From contig JBFLGF010000171.1 of the NCBI GenBank assembly GCA_050230475.1, forward strand, positions 1-45,196: a DNA stretch of 45,196 nucleotides, written 5' to 3'. The stretch comes from Ancylonema sp. (taxonomy: Eukaryota). This document shows positions 1 through 12,600 of this stretch, one piece after another (the first letter of the stretch is position 1; each line of letters begins with the position of its first letter). Under the pieces are notes generated by a model. The model worked only from the letters and a program-made list of their open reading frames with translations. It was not told where the DNA came from and did not search any database. The translations under genes and the position numbers were made by a program.

Positions 1-3000
1 TTTCAGTCCAAGCCCCAGAGCTTGGCGGTCAGTTCCCCCTACGTCCTCAGCGGAACCACTCGAGTGGAGGTGTACAACAGTCAGTCAGGGGCTTTGCTTC
101 AGACCCTCCCCTTCTCAACCACCGCACCGTTAGTGCTTGCTGATGGAGCGGGGGGGCAAATCCTCCTCGCAGCCACCCAGTCTCAGGTACACTGAATCGG
201 GTGACCCACCGACCCAATGACAGGACCGGTCGCTGACCTCGTGCCGTGACATCCTCTGCAGGTTTGGTGGCTGAACCGCGTCCCGGAAGAGACCCAAGCC
301 CGCCAGCTGTTGCAAGAGGGCCACCATGCAGTGGCCCTGGCAGTCGCAGCCCAGGTAGCCCCAGGCGAGGGGTCTCCTCAAGTGGCTGCCCGGGTGGCGG
401 CAGCAGAGGCGCAGGCTGGCCTGCTCCTGCTGCAGGAGCTGCGGTGGGAGGAAGCCATGAGCGCCCTCACACGCAGCACTGCCATGCAACCCACGGAGGT
501 CTTCCCCCTCTTCCCCACCTGGACTCAGCGATGGCGCTCTCTGGTTCCTCGCAGGCGCTACTGGGGCCTGCATGCGCCGCTGCAATCCCTCCCTCGAACC
601 ATTCGCCACCACTCTCCCCCCCCCCTGCCAGAGGAGGAGGAGCAGAGACAAACACATGTGGCGATGCACGCCGTGGCCAGGTGGCATGTCTCCTCCATCT
701 CCTCCAGTCCCCAGCCTGGGCTTCCGATTGTGGGGTGGGGGATACTGAGGGGGCCGAGGTGCGCAATTCAGGTACTTGTGTGCTGTGAGGGGGCGAGGCC
801 TGAGTGAGGTGGAGGCAGAGGGAGTGGACACCCTGCTGGTCCACCTGTATGCCCACCTGGGGGCCACGGAGCAGCTCCAAGCGCTGGCGCAAGGCACCTG
901 CCACTGCCTGCTGGTGCCCCCCTCCCCCACCACCCTCAAGGAAACGAATTTGTGCAAGAGTGGGCGGGTCATCTGAACCCCAGCGTCCGTACGCAGGAGG
1001 AGGTGGAGGACAGTCTGACGGCTGCAGACCAGAGGCCAGCTCTGGCGTTGCTGCTTGAGAAGAGGGGGCACACAGAGAGGGCTGTGCAGCAATGGATGGT
1101 GGTGGTGGACCAGGGAGGGGAGGAACGAAGTACAGAGGAAGTTTCTCGGCTCCTTCCTGCTGTGACAGACACCCCCCAGCTGCTGGAGCACCTGCAATGG
1201 GTGAGATTTCCGCCTCCCTCTTCTTTCTCGCTCGTTCTGTTCCTCCAACACAGTTGAGGGCAGTAAGACCACCACCCTACACCCTACAACCTACACTCTA
1301 CACCCTATACTTGTAACCGGAAGGGAGGATGTTGAGTGATGACTTCATGTCGTGCCGCAGTTGGTAGGCAGGGCTCCTGAGAGAGCACTGGAGGTGGTGT
1401 GCATGAGGCGGACCCCCCTCCTCCCTCCCGGTCAGTTCACGTCCCTCCACCAACTGCCCCCCATGCCTCCACGTCCTCCGCACTCACTCCCCTGCATCTC
1501 GCATTCCTTCTCTCCCCCAGAATCCGTCCTCCCTCTCCTGTCCACGTCACCGCTCCGCCTGCAGCGCCAGTGAGTCTCCGCCAGCACCCTCACCCTGCCC
1601 CCACTCCTCACCCCTCAAAGTCTTGTAGGACAAGGTCCTGACTGTCATGCAGTCACACGATACCGCTTGTACTTATAACTCATGGCGCCTGCAATGCGTA
1701 CCAACACTGTCCTGCAATGGGGCACTTGTAGGGACCTCCGGTGGCTCCTGCTGGAGCAAGGTTGGCAGGAGGAGGCGGAGCACACGCGCTACGCCCTCCT
1801 GTTGGTGCGGGCGGCTCACGGGGCGGACATGGACTTGGTGCGCGGAGAGCTGCAGAGCTTTTTGCAGAAGTCCGCTCTGTACGACCTGGCGGGGGTGCTG
1901 GCAGAGATTCAGGAGACAGCACCGCATTTGTTGGCGGAGCAGGTATCATTTCTCGGGAGTTTTGGCGCTCTGTTCTGGAGAGGGCAGCTCTTCAGAGGTG
2001 GTGGAGGGTGGTGGTGGGGTCGGCAGGCTGTGCTGCTGGGGAGGGAAGGGCGGCACAAAGAGGCTCTACGCATCCTCGCCTTGTGAGTCCCCCTCGCCTC
2101 TCCTCTGTTCCTTCCATCACTCCTATGCATGCGTGAATTTGATACTTAGTGCCTTCCCCAAACACCCCCCCTGTGTATACCTTCCATGTCAGGAGACACC
2201 CAACGTTCAAGCTCCTCATTTTCTGGGTGTGCAGAGAGGTGGGGGACATCGAGGCTGCCGAGCGCTACTGTTTGGACCTCAAATTACCCTCAGCACTGAT
2301 GGAGTAAGGATGCAACCGTGAATCAGGAAGTGCCACGTGGCAATGCCTCACGCCCCCCCCTCCCCCTTCCAGTCTCCTCGACCTGTACCTCCACCCCGGG
2401 TCTGGTCGACCTCCCCTGTATGAAGCCACAGCGCGGCTGCTGCACTGCCAGGGGGGGATGCTGGATCCCATGACGCTCATGGAAGTAAGGGCGTGTTGAT
2501 GACGCAACGTTTGTTCTGATAGGCCTTGGTGCGGAGAGAATAGGGGTCGGAGTGTGGGAGTGGGGTGATGAGGAGGGTATGGTAGGTCTGGTGTCCACTC
2601 TGCGTACGTCTGAGGCTGGGTTTGGGGGGGAGGTCGGTGCAGACATTGGCGGTTGAGATGGAGGTCGGGCAAGCCGTGACGAGTCTGACGCGCATGCTGG
2701 GAGAGTCCATGCACGCGAAACGGCAAAATCAGGCACCCCTTCTGCCATATTACACGTTTGCACTCTGTTCTGCGGGATTGACCTGATGACTGTCGGGATT
2801 TATTTTTTACGTGTTCAGATTGTGCACCACCTGTCGCGCAAACAGAATCTCGCGGTTCGATTGGCGCGAGTGGAGCAGAGGGGTCGCCACGTGGCGGTCA
2901 CTCTCACCACGGCGTGTGCTGAATGCGGGTCCCGCATCGGTCTCAAGCTGTGTGGACTGCACCCTTCAGGCAGCCTGATGTGCTACCAGGCAAGGGGGAG

Positions 3001-3099
3001 GAGGGGGAGGACATGCACAAAGAACCACTCTGACTCGTTACTCGGGTTCCGCAATCTTTGCTGCAGTGTCTAGAGGAGGCGTCGCGGCATCACGGGTGA
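1..3099 (+). CDS. VPS3: VPS3/TGFBRAP1-like CORVET subunit (Vps39 family), multi-exon, 5' end outside window
   Basis: Spliced exons give a CNH-like end (SSPYVLSGTTRVEVYNSQSGALLQTLPF), a repeat region (LLGREGRHKEALRILAL..EVGDIEAAERYC) and the C-terminus HAKRQNQIVHHLSRKQNLAVRLARVEQRGRHVAV..CAECGSRIGLKLCGLHPSGSLMCYQC, which resembles plant VPS3 more than VPS39. Stop TGA at 3097-3099. Confidence 0.85.
1274..1308. repeat. Degenerate (ACCCTAC)x5 telomere-like repeat in a VPS3 intron
   Basis: accctac accctac aacctac actctac accctat; the unit differs by one base from the plant telomere unit ACCCTAA. Confidence 0.6.
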
Positions 3100-3427
3100 T
3101 TTGAAAATCCGCTCAACGTGATGACAACAATGTGTGCTGGGCAAGGGAGGTTGCTTGTGTAAAAACGATGCATTTTCACAAATCATCCCAACCAAGAAAG
3201 CTCTTAAGGATTGCTCATGCTTTTGTGTATTTTTCTACATTTTGTATATACTTGGAGCAACTTTTTTTTTCGTTTCATGGCGAAATTCATCCGCGAAATT
3301 TGTGGATCAAATGTATCATTATCATCATATTGTAGTGACTTGCAAATCGTGGCCATCCTGAGCCTTGTCGCTCATATATTTTGGACCCATAACATAACAT
3401 CACTTACTAAGCAGCATATGCCCCTTG

Positions 3428-3460
3428 CACACACACACACATACACACACACACGCACAC
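3428..3460. repeat. (CA)n microsatellite
   Basis: Imperfect CA run directly abutting the retrotransposon relic. Confidence 0.9.
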
Positions 3461-4545
3461 GCAGAGCGGATGGTTAAATCCATGAAGGGGGCGTTGTGCA
3501 AGTACCTTCTAGGCAGTCATATGTGGCTATGGGCTACATATCATCCAAACAGAAATGTGTCGGCTACGACCCTTATTTCTTGATGTTTGCAAGGATTCAA
3601 TATTTTAGATAAGACTTCAACCGCTCCAAGACAAGGAGCTAGATCCAGCCGTTACTATTGAGCGTCTACAAATATTTTTGGACAGGCGGGACTACGCCTT
3701 CAAGTGGGTGATGCCTCTTGCCATGATAAATCTGGTTATAACGCAAAAATGGGACAGAGCGCTACCGGCCGTGCGTAATGGTGGCAAGGATCGCCCCAAG
3801 GTATATATTTTAAGCAAAGGACTACGTGCTGATATCGCATCGAACTGACAGCACGCATGACGCACCCACCAAACCACATGTGCCACGGGCGATAGAGACC
3901 AGGCCAATTGGGGATAGCGATGTTGGAAGGTGGTAACGCCGCTAGGATCGAAGAACAGATCGAGATCATTGCGCACTGCCCTCTTTCCATCCTAGTTCAC
4001 AACGCATACCCTCACCGCTTCTATTGGGGGCCGTCTGTGTAGTGTGGAGTCAGTGCCACACGGCAGCGACCAAGCAAGATGGTGTTATGCGACACGTGCA
4101 ACCTACCACCTATGGTGCCGAGTGTACCCGAAGGTGTATAGATGTGTCCGAAACATTTAGTTATGCCTTATACCCATCATAAGGCTCATGTGAGCCCTAA
4201 TAGCATGTTATGCATGGAGAAAGCCTACACAGTCCGTCACTTTGTGATGTTGCATTACCCTTTCAGTGCCGGTTTTGGCTGAAATCTAATCAGTTGGTTC
4301 TTAGTATCGATCGATCATACAAAACCAAGTGGAAGGCTACCCAGATAAGGGTGGGATCCATGTAACCATGAAAACCGTGTACACGGCTAGCCATAAGATG
4401 CATACAACATTTTGATCATCAAATGTCTTGCATGGGAAGGGCAACCTCCGAGCTGATATGATTGGTCTAAACACCACTGTGTCCGGATGACGCGTATAAG
4501 AGAACACAACCCGCCCATCGTGCACAACTTGGGGGGGGGACATGT
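3461..4545 (+). mobile_element. Degenerate Ty3/Gypsy LTR-retrotransposon 3' fragment (integrase C-terminus, PHD-finger remnant, putative PPT)
   Basis: Frameshifted translation gives AERMVKSMKGALCKY (3461-3505, integrase catalytic-E motif), GYDPYFLMFAR (3562-3594) and CGVS..KMVLCDTCN..VPEGV*MCPKH (4043-4156). A G9A purine tract at 4531-4540 is followed by TGTT at 4543 (candidate LTR start). Confidence 0.75.
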
Positions 4546-4950
4546 TGCTCTGAGACTCAAACTTTTGGTAAATGGAGTACATATCTCATTTGGATTCACA
4601 TTTTTAATGAGGAAAACTTATTGGTGGTGGTTGCCAAACTTGGTGGTTCACATATCTAACCCTTAAAAAAAAAAAGTGCCTCTCCTATGGTACTTTCCAC
4701 ACGCCACATGTTGCATTGGATGTAAAGTTGAGTGACGTAGGAGCTACTCTCATCTTTGGGGGAGGATTCATTTGCATTTGGCATGCCTTAAGTGCTAGTG
4801 AAGTGTTGTCGATGGCCATTAGTGTACCCCATGTGTATGGTGCGGATCCCGACTGTATTATGTCACACGTGTGAGAGGACACGAGTGTAGGGAAGTAGTG
4901 TTTCGTACGCGTGTGATGCACTTAACAATGATGTTCGTTAGAACGATACC

Positions 4951-5024
4951 ATGACACGTGTGAGTATGACGCGATGTTAGATGTGTCGTGCCATCTAACA
5001 TCGTGCCACACTTGCACGTGTCAT
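4951..5024. repeat. Imperfect 74-nt hairpin (33-bp arms, 8-nt loop)
   Basis: atgacacgtg pairs with cacgtgtcat and cgatgttagatg pairs with catctaacatcg; the segment between differs only by transitions. Confidence 0.8.
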
Positions 5025-5202
5025 ACTATTGCTATAACGGAATTTGCCGTACAATGCACTTCACACGTGCGACACGCTTTCTAGCTTCTATCATATGGTA
5101 GAGAATCGTGTTGTGTATAACGACAAATAGCGTTGTAACGTCAATTATTGTAATGTGTTTATGTACAAATGCGCATGTCATGTGAATTGAGTTGTGCGTG
5201 TC

Positions 5203-6106
5203 AAGAAATTGGAAAAGTACAACTGAATTAATTTTTAGTTTCTTTATTCATTTTCCTTTTTTATTCGCGACTTTAAAAAAAAAGAATGGAAACTATTCAA
5301 AAGTATTCTGTATTGGAAGGAGGGATTGCCAGGATCACTTTCAAACAAGATGCAGAAGCTGTATACAGCAAAATGCTACGTGACTCCAATGAGCACTTGA
5401 TTTTTGGCTTCGGCCAAATCGAATTCTTTGCGCTTTTAGGACCTCGTCTTTCAGCCGAAGCACGTATTGTCCATGTGCAATTCATGGACACATGGTCTGT
5501 CGATGATGCAGACAATCCAGATCTGGCTATCGCAAAACATGCTGAAAATAGACAACAGTTGTGGAGGGACTACAGACGAGATCGAGCTGCATTCTCAACA
5601 ATGAGGCCAGAGTCGGGATTTACGTCATCGCCTCCTCCTCCAACTAAAAACGAGCCGAGGTACCTCGAAAGGTTCTTCGACTCGTTGGAGGCAAGGTTCC
5701 GATCATCAAATATTGAAAATCTGAATGCAATTCAGATTTTCCCTCCACAACTTTCGTCTATTTTCAGCGTGTTCTGCCTTAGCCAAATCTGGATTGTTTG
5801 CATCATCAACAGATCACGTGTTCAGAAATTGCACATGGACAATACGTACTTCGGCTGAAAGACGAGGTCTTAAAAGCGCTAAGAATTCTATTTGGCCGAA
5901 GCTAAAAATCAAGTGCTCATTGGAGTCACGTAGCATTTTGCTGTATACAGCTTTTGCATCTTGTTTGAAAGTGATCCTGGCAATCCCTCCTCCCAATGCA
6001 GAAAACTTTTGAATTGTTTCCATTCTTTTTTTTTTAAGTCGCGAATAAAAAAGGAAAATGAATAAAGAAACTGAAAATTAATTCAGTTGTACTTTTCCAA
6101 TTTCTT
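5203..6106. repeat. Long inverted repeat: arms ~5203-5568 and ~5741-6106, spacer ~170 bp
   Basis: The arms are reverse complements (both encode METIQK..). Manual count gives about 24 substitutions and no indels over the ~283 coding nt. Confidence 0.95.
5286..5858 (+). CDS. Intronless ORF of unknown function within the inverted repeat (probably TE- or virus-derived)
   Basis: 190-codon ORF whose last ~40 codons run antisense through the second arm. The mirror copy (5814-6023, -) has a TGG>TGA stop. Confidence 0.3.
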   Translation: METIQKYSVLEGGIARITFKQDAEAVYSKMLRDSNEHLIFGFGQIEFFALLGPRLSAEARIVHVQFMDTWSVDDADNPDLAIAKHAENRQQLWRDYRRDRAAFSTMRPESGFTSSPPPPTKNEPRYLERFFDSLEARFRSSNIENLNAIQIFPPQLSSIFSVFCLSQIWIVCIINRSRVQKLHMDNTYFG

Positions 6107-6526
6107 ACCGGTGGTAGAGACTGATTCGGCCTCAAAAGGCAATTCAGTCTCTTGTGGTAATGTAGTCCTTCTTCTTTCGAAATGCTCGACGCTTGGGTCT
6201 TCGTAGACAACTCTGTGCGAGTCTTGAGATGTTTCCAAAACTTCGTCGCACAAGAAATCGTCTGATTATATAAGACCAACGTCTTGATAAGACAATTGCG
6301 AAAATGGCATCCAGATAACTGAGAAAAAGGGGCCGGGAGATTGATTCTGTAGTGAAAGGAAGCTCTCAACTAGAGCGTTGAGGAGTTGGTTGATATTAGT
6401 ACAATGAAAGTGGTGTGGTATGATCCTGCAGCAAGCCTGGCTTAGCGTAATTTCCACAGTCCCAATTCGCATATGATTCACAGGGGAATGCACATGAGTC
6501 GAATTTCAGAGTGAAAACTGTTGGCG

Positions 6527-6565
6527 CGGAGCTCACTACAGAATCAATGCTCGTAGTGAGCTCCG
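6527..6565. repeat. Perfect 13-bp stem hairpin
   Basis: cggagctcactac - 13-nt loop - gtagtgagctccg. Confidence 0.85.
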
Positions 6566-6666
6566 ATCGAGGTATATACGCTAAATTTGGTATGAGTCAC
6601 GCTACCAGACAAAACGGGCGTGTTTAACTAGCCTCATAATTGTATCGTTATGTTCCTCGTGGTCTA

Positions 6667-6787
6667 GATCTACGTTCCACGTTCGATCTGAGCTCTATGC
6701 CTTAGGCTCTATGCCTTATTAGGCTTTAAATAAAATCCACCGACATTCTGACTTTCGGCTAGGATCTACGTTCCACGTTCGATCTGA
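6667..6787 (+). repeat. 25-bp direct repeat with 96-bp period
   Basis: gatctacgttccacgttcgatctga at 6667-6691 and 6763-6787. Confidence 0.9.
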
Positions 6788-9656
6788 ATTCTATTTCCTT
6801 TAGAACGTTGTCAGAGAATCCGACGTGGAATTATCTCGCGCACTCATGACTTTGAATAAGCGTAGAAGCTGTTGTGTTGATTACTCTAAAAGCGCATATT
6901 TATGTCGTTACAACGAATCTACGCTACCGATCTTGTACGGCCTGACACTTCCGACATGGTTGAGCACACATGTATATATTATGATCTTGTCGAGATCCAT
7001 CACAAGCCTATGTGCGACAAAATTGTCTAATGTACTGCAAATAAATTTTCCAAAACAAATTGAGTCAAGGTTATGCCTTTGGTCTAACGTAGAGTGTTGA
7101 AACTTGAATATTTTAGTACAATACCAGATTCCATCGATCTGAATGGAAAATATAATCACACTCAAATGCAAGGAATTCACGTAGATCGACAAAACCAGCC
7201 GAACCGCAATCGGATTATAAGATGGGTTGTAAGGCAATTTTAATAGCGGTTCCCGAGGTGTTTAGATCTCGAATGACATCTGTGCACCAAGATGAACATT
7301 TTATTACAGCTTTTGCTCCCTAGTTGCCTACGATCGGTTTGCAACGGACAAAATCTAGCCTGCCGTCAAAACATACTTGCTAATCCATTTCTAGCTAAGT
7401 ATTTTCCAAATGCCGGCACTAAAATTACTACGATGCAATGCATGGCTGCCACGCAATATCTTATGTTATCTCGTCGTCTAATGACAATGCCGATCTAAGC
7501 TTTCCATGGTGTGTAATTTACGATACAACAATGCAGTATCATGATCTTCATCGTGACCTACTGCAAAATATCTTCACAACAACACTGCCGCTAGCGTGAA
7601 CTGCCGTACTTCAGTAATAGTATCGGACGACATATAAGGATCTACATCATGCTGCTAGAAGTGTGTCTCTTGGAAGGGCACTGTTGATGGCAGAGTATCG
7701 CGTTCATTGAGGCCTTCATTTGACAATCGAAATTTGAGTACAAATACGCCCATACGGGCACGCGTCAAATTGAGATGTTACCGCGCAAAACCTACGCATG
7801 TGTCAATCATGGTTCAAGGACACAAATACCTGCACACGCACCATTTTTTGTATAAGCACATGCACCCATCCCCCCATAAATCCTCATAGAGGCACACGAT
7901 TGTATATTGTCCGATAGATGACACAACACACCTTATTCAACACGAAGCGAATGTGGGCTCATGTGTTTGATATCTGAGCACCGAGTTTGCAAATTATTCA
8001 TCGGTATGGGCAGTAGTGCACATACAGAGCGAGTCCTTTCCACAATGGATGTAGCTCTAGAATGAATTTGCCATGTATCCCATTTGGGAATCCGAATGTC
8101 TTGGTATGAGCGCAAATAGTTGAGCCCAAAGGAGATGAAAGACTTGAGTGACGTAGTCCCATTCCGCTTTCAGGGAATCCTTCCGGTTAGGAAATGGAAA
8201 TAGGTGAATGAGGGACTTCTTAAAAATGAGTAGAATATGTTCTCGCAAGGAGTGTGGATTTTTAACACAATATACGCAGGCTTACAGGTAGGGCATTGAA
8301 CAAGGGGCACACTTCGAAATGCATGTATATTGTTGACAGTGATTTTATACAATGATGATATCATCCCTTCTATCATAGATGATTGCATCCTTTTGATAAC
8401 CCGCTTGTTCATAAACTGTAGATGAGCTTTATGTGATTATAATTCTCGTTTTGATTTTGTATTTTTTGAGTAGTTGGAAAGTTTTAGCAATCCTGCAAAG
8501 CTTACATTTGGTGAAGTATAAAATATTAAAGCATATCGCGTTCGCAGTGTCGTCTATATATTTTAAATGTAACTAAAATACTATTCATGGATGAATGCCT
8601 TGATCACTTGTTTGAGTGCGATTGAACAATATATGCACATTGGAAAGTGTGCATAGTCGTGCAAAAAAACTAGCGTTTTAAGTTTTCACACAAAAAAAAG
8701 TCTCAACTTTGCAGAGATTCTTAGCGTTTGAGTCACAAATGTATGCATGCATGTTGATTTGTAGGGATCTAGCATGATGACTGGGAACCTTGATCAAACG
8801 CCTATGCTCAAAGTGAAGTTCCTCGTGCATTCATGATTCCTATTTAGATATTGTACAACGATTCGCGCGAGGACTGGATTTTTTATTTGACTTGAATGTG
8901 TGCATCAGATATGCCTTACCGTATCGAACTTATACACCCCCCCACCAATTGATTTGAACGGATAGGGTGGCTCATTTTCAATAAGCCATATAGATATTAT
9001 GACACTCTTCACACTAGGCTTTAAAACTTTACACACAACTCCACGAAGTCAAACAGTGAATAACCCATTGACAATTGAATCTTTTCTCAACTTTGCCAAG
9101 GCCCTTGTCGACAACACGTCTCTCATCTCTTCACTTACCCTTATCCTTTATATCGTCAAATACATGCATCCCCTTGCCAATGCCCTGGTTCATCATCTTC
9201 TTCAATTTATAGTGGCATTTTTCAGGGAGATCCCCACAATATGTAAGTTCAGAACGGTGTATATTTGACGATACGTGCGACACTTTGAACAATCAATCTT
9301 TTCCCCCCAACCTTTGACGTGCACATGTGTTTCGTAGGAGCACAAAGTGCTGTGTGGTTCTCAATACAACATGGATAGCGATTGAATGGACATTTGCATC
9401 CCCCCTTCACAGATTTCAGTCGGTCCAGCATGGCTATTAACAAGTGCGATCGCTCATCGTCATATTCACAAAAAGACTACTAAATCATATGATTTCTACA
9501 TGGTCCGACGAAACATATATGCATAGTGACCACGATAATAGATCAAACTTTCCTTATTCAGTAACTACTTAACTGGGTGTCGAGGCCCACTGTGGAGGCC
9601 CAAGAAATATATACACAAAGACGTATGAGCTCGTTCTAAATCCACCCCTTTCACAT

Positions 9657-12600
9657 TCACCCTCTCTCCCCTCGCCTCTCCTTTGCCTTCCTCTCCACGT
9701 CCAATAACACATCCAGCGTGCGTTGGTAGATGACGTCATCCCGATTCCGAGGCTTGCACGAGTTGACATGATCCACGCCCTCCAGAACCTGCACTTGCAA
9801 GGACCACCACTCCCCTTAAACCTCAAACCGACCACTCCTTGTGGCACCAATCCTGGTCCACACTCCGTTGGGGTTCTGGGCGTACCACAATGTCTCCGAA
9901 TCCGGGCCACGCTGATTCGATGGGCACCACTTCACACCGCAACTGAATCGCTGCCGCCTTCACCACGGGGGTCACGAGGGTCTGCACAACCGGGGGGGGC
10001 TACGATACTAGAGTTGGCAAGATGGAAGCACCTACCTTGGCCCCCCACGGCGAACACTGTTGCAGTCACTTTGTGTGATTCCCCCCTCTCTACATGACCA
10101 CTCTCTGCTTCAAGAGAGACCGCAACATGCGTGGATGCGGAATGCTGTGCACAGCACACACCGCGAGTGGCATGACCCCGTGTCCCCGTGTGTACCTCTG
10201 CGAAGCTGAGGATTCGCGTCCCTTTGAGGAAAAACATGTGGCGCAGGTGGGAGTTGAGCTCCTGTAGGCGGGGGGAATGGCGGACCAGGCCTCCCACCTA
10301 GACCCGGGAGGGAAGAAGAAAGTGAGAGTGAGACTTGAGAGTGGAGAGTTGTGGGCAGCCTGGCGAAGGGGGGGTACTGACGGACGGGGCGGGGCGGAGC
10401 ACGAGACCCATTCGCCACGGGAGGTCCGCCAGAAAGCTGCCTGAGTGCGGACAGGAGTAGAAAATCTGGGGATATGAGAGGGGAGGGGGTGGGGGAGGGG
10501 GAGGGGGGAGAAGCGTGTTGGGAAGTGATGGTGCGAGGTGGGTGAGGGGGAGTGACTGACCACCCCCGCAGCGTTGTGCGCCACCCCCTTGTAGCGCTCA
10601 TCTTTGTGGGCCAGCAGCAGCATCTCCTTCACTAACAGGCCCCCCATGCTGACAAGGCCACACACACAACCCCCCTCCATCATCACCCCCTGGGGCAGCC
10701 CCTGTGCGAAAACAGATGATGGTAGGCACCTGTGGCACACGAAGACTGTGGGTCTCTGCCCCACTCCGGCCGCCCAAAGCTTCTCCAGCAGCACTGAGCT
10801 CAGCTCCTGCTAGGTGCACAGGTAACACCTCCCCCGATCACCACCTGCAAGCACCTGGGTGGCGGGTGTGGGGGAGGTGATACCTCGATGGGGAGAGTCG
10901 CCGCCTTCCATTCGGACAAATTTGTCTGCCGTGTCCCAAAACCCCACACCTCCCTCAGGGCCAAGATCCGAAAAATACCCCAAAAATGCCTGGAAAAGCC
11001 TGGTACGAGATCCTCTGAAAGGCGTGGTGGGGGTTGCCGTAGCTTGTACTTGTTAGTGAGGGTGCGAGCTGAGGGGAGGTCTGTCTGCAGGTAGCTCTCT
11101 GGCCAGCACCGACTCCCCTCCTCCTCGCTGTCATCCGCCACCCTCCAGGTCTTGAAGGGGCCGCCACACAGCCCGTGCACAAACACCACGTCCATCACCT
11201 GACAAGGACCAGGCCGCCAGGAGGAGCATCAGTGGTGCCACCTGGATGCGAAACGCGGAAGCTGGGGCAGGCGACAGGTGGCATACCGGTTGTGGCGGCA
11301 CGTGAGCGGGGTCCAATAGGAAGACGCCGTCTTCGTAGCGCGGCCCTTTCCCGTGCAGCATGAGCAGCGTCTCCCGGGCATAGCTGCGGGACTTGTTGTC
11401 GTCGCTCCCGCCCCCCGCACACGCTTCCAGCCACGCCAGGAACCGGGCGTCCGCCGTGACCGCCCAGGGGGCACCCTGGTGAGTGATGAGCAGTTTGAGG
11501 AGTCGCAGGGCGTGTTTGCGCAGAGGGGCGGAGGCGGAGGGGTCGAGGCGGCGCAGGAGAATGACTTGCTTGGCAAGGCAGACCCCCCCCGCGTCCAGAA
11601 TGCGTTTCTGCCGTTGCGGGCTGTCGGCTGCGAGCTCTGTGAGGGCCTTGAGAGCGCGACAAGTGGTGGCCAGGGTGTACTGAGGCGATAATCGGGGGGG
11701 GGGTTTGCCTCGGGAGGGGGGGGGGAGGGGTTGCACGCCACCCATTTCCTGCAACCAGGATCACAATTGAGCAATCTGAGCAATCTGAGCAATCTGAGCA
11801 ATCTGAGCAATCTGAGCAATCTGAGCAATCAGAGCAATTTGAGCAATTTGAGTGGACCGTCTGCTGCCGCAGTTGGCGCATGTCCTCACCAGAAGATATG
11901 CGGCCACAGGTGCATGCCACTCCGCCTCCTCCTTCTCCTTCTCTCCCCCCCCTGGCCCTGCTGCCAGCTGTGCTTCTTGCGCCACCAGGCGCGCCAGCTG
12001 TCAGAAGGAGACACAACCCCTCAGAACCTCCGACCCACTCTCCCATCTAAGGCCACCCCACCCTCCCTCCCTCACCTGTGCAGCGGCCACTGCAGCCCTA
12101 GCCACCGTCTGCCCCACCATGGCTTCCTTCTTACTCGAGGGGCCTGTGAGGGGTGCAGAGGCGATGGCCTGCCTGCCCTTGGTGCTCGTCTCCGTGACCA
12201 CGGCCATCAGCAGAGCCGCCAGCCAGGCTTGAATGACAGACAGCCCCTCAGCCCCCAGAGCCCCCACCAGCCGCTCGAGCACCTCCACGCCATGGGATTG
12301 CATGGAAGGGTCGGTTGGGGAGCACACCCAGCCTAGGAGCAACGGCAGCCAGAGGGCCCCCTCCTCCGCAGACAGCGCGCCCCCTGTCGCCACGGCAGAC
12401 AACACCTCCGCGACAGCTGGAGCCATATCTGCGTTCCTCTCGCCCCCTGGGTCGGCCTCCACCAATCTCCTGAGGGGTTGCAACCCTTCCTCGGCCCAGA
12501 AGGCCAGGGCTGCCTGGCTGGCCCTGACGCAGCTGGCAGCAGCCCTCACTACCGCGGTTGCCAGCTCATAGTCTTCGTGATCCCCGGCAGTGACAGCAGT

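Noticed and set aside
130..1275. 381-aa minus-strand ORF
   Set aside because: Antisense shadow of GC-rich VPS3 exons and introns with no recognisable motifs.
6667..6787. CRISPR-like repeat-spacer unit
   Set aside because: Only two 25-bp repeats with a 71-bp gap, no cas genes, and a eukaryotic context.
6908..7680. Long minus-strand frame readable if stops are treated as C-to-T decay
   Set aside because: Stop density upstream of 7237 is no lower than expected for AT-rich DNA and no motif was recognised.
11229..11852. LRLLRLL / SDCSDC / SNLSNL repeat proteins in the ORF track
   Set aside because: These are translations of an intronic 9-bp minisatellite; the same applies to 21700-21966.
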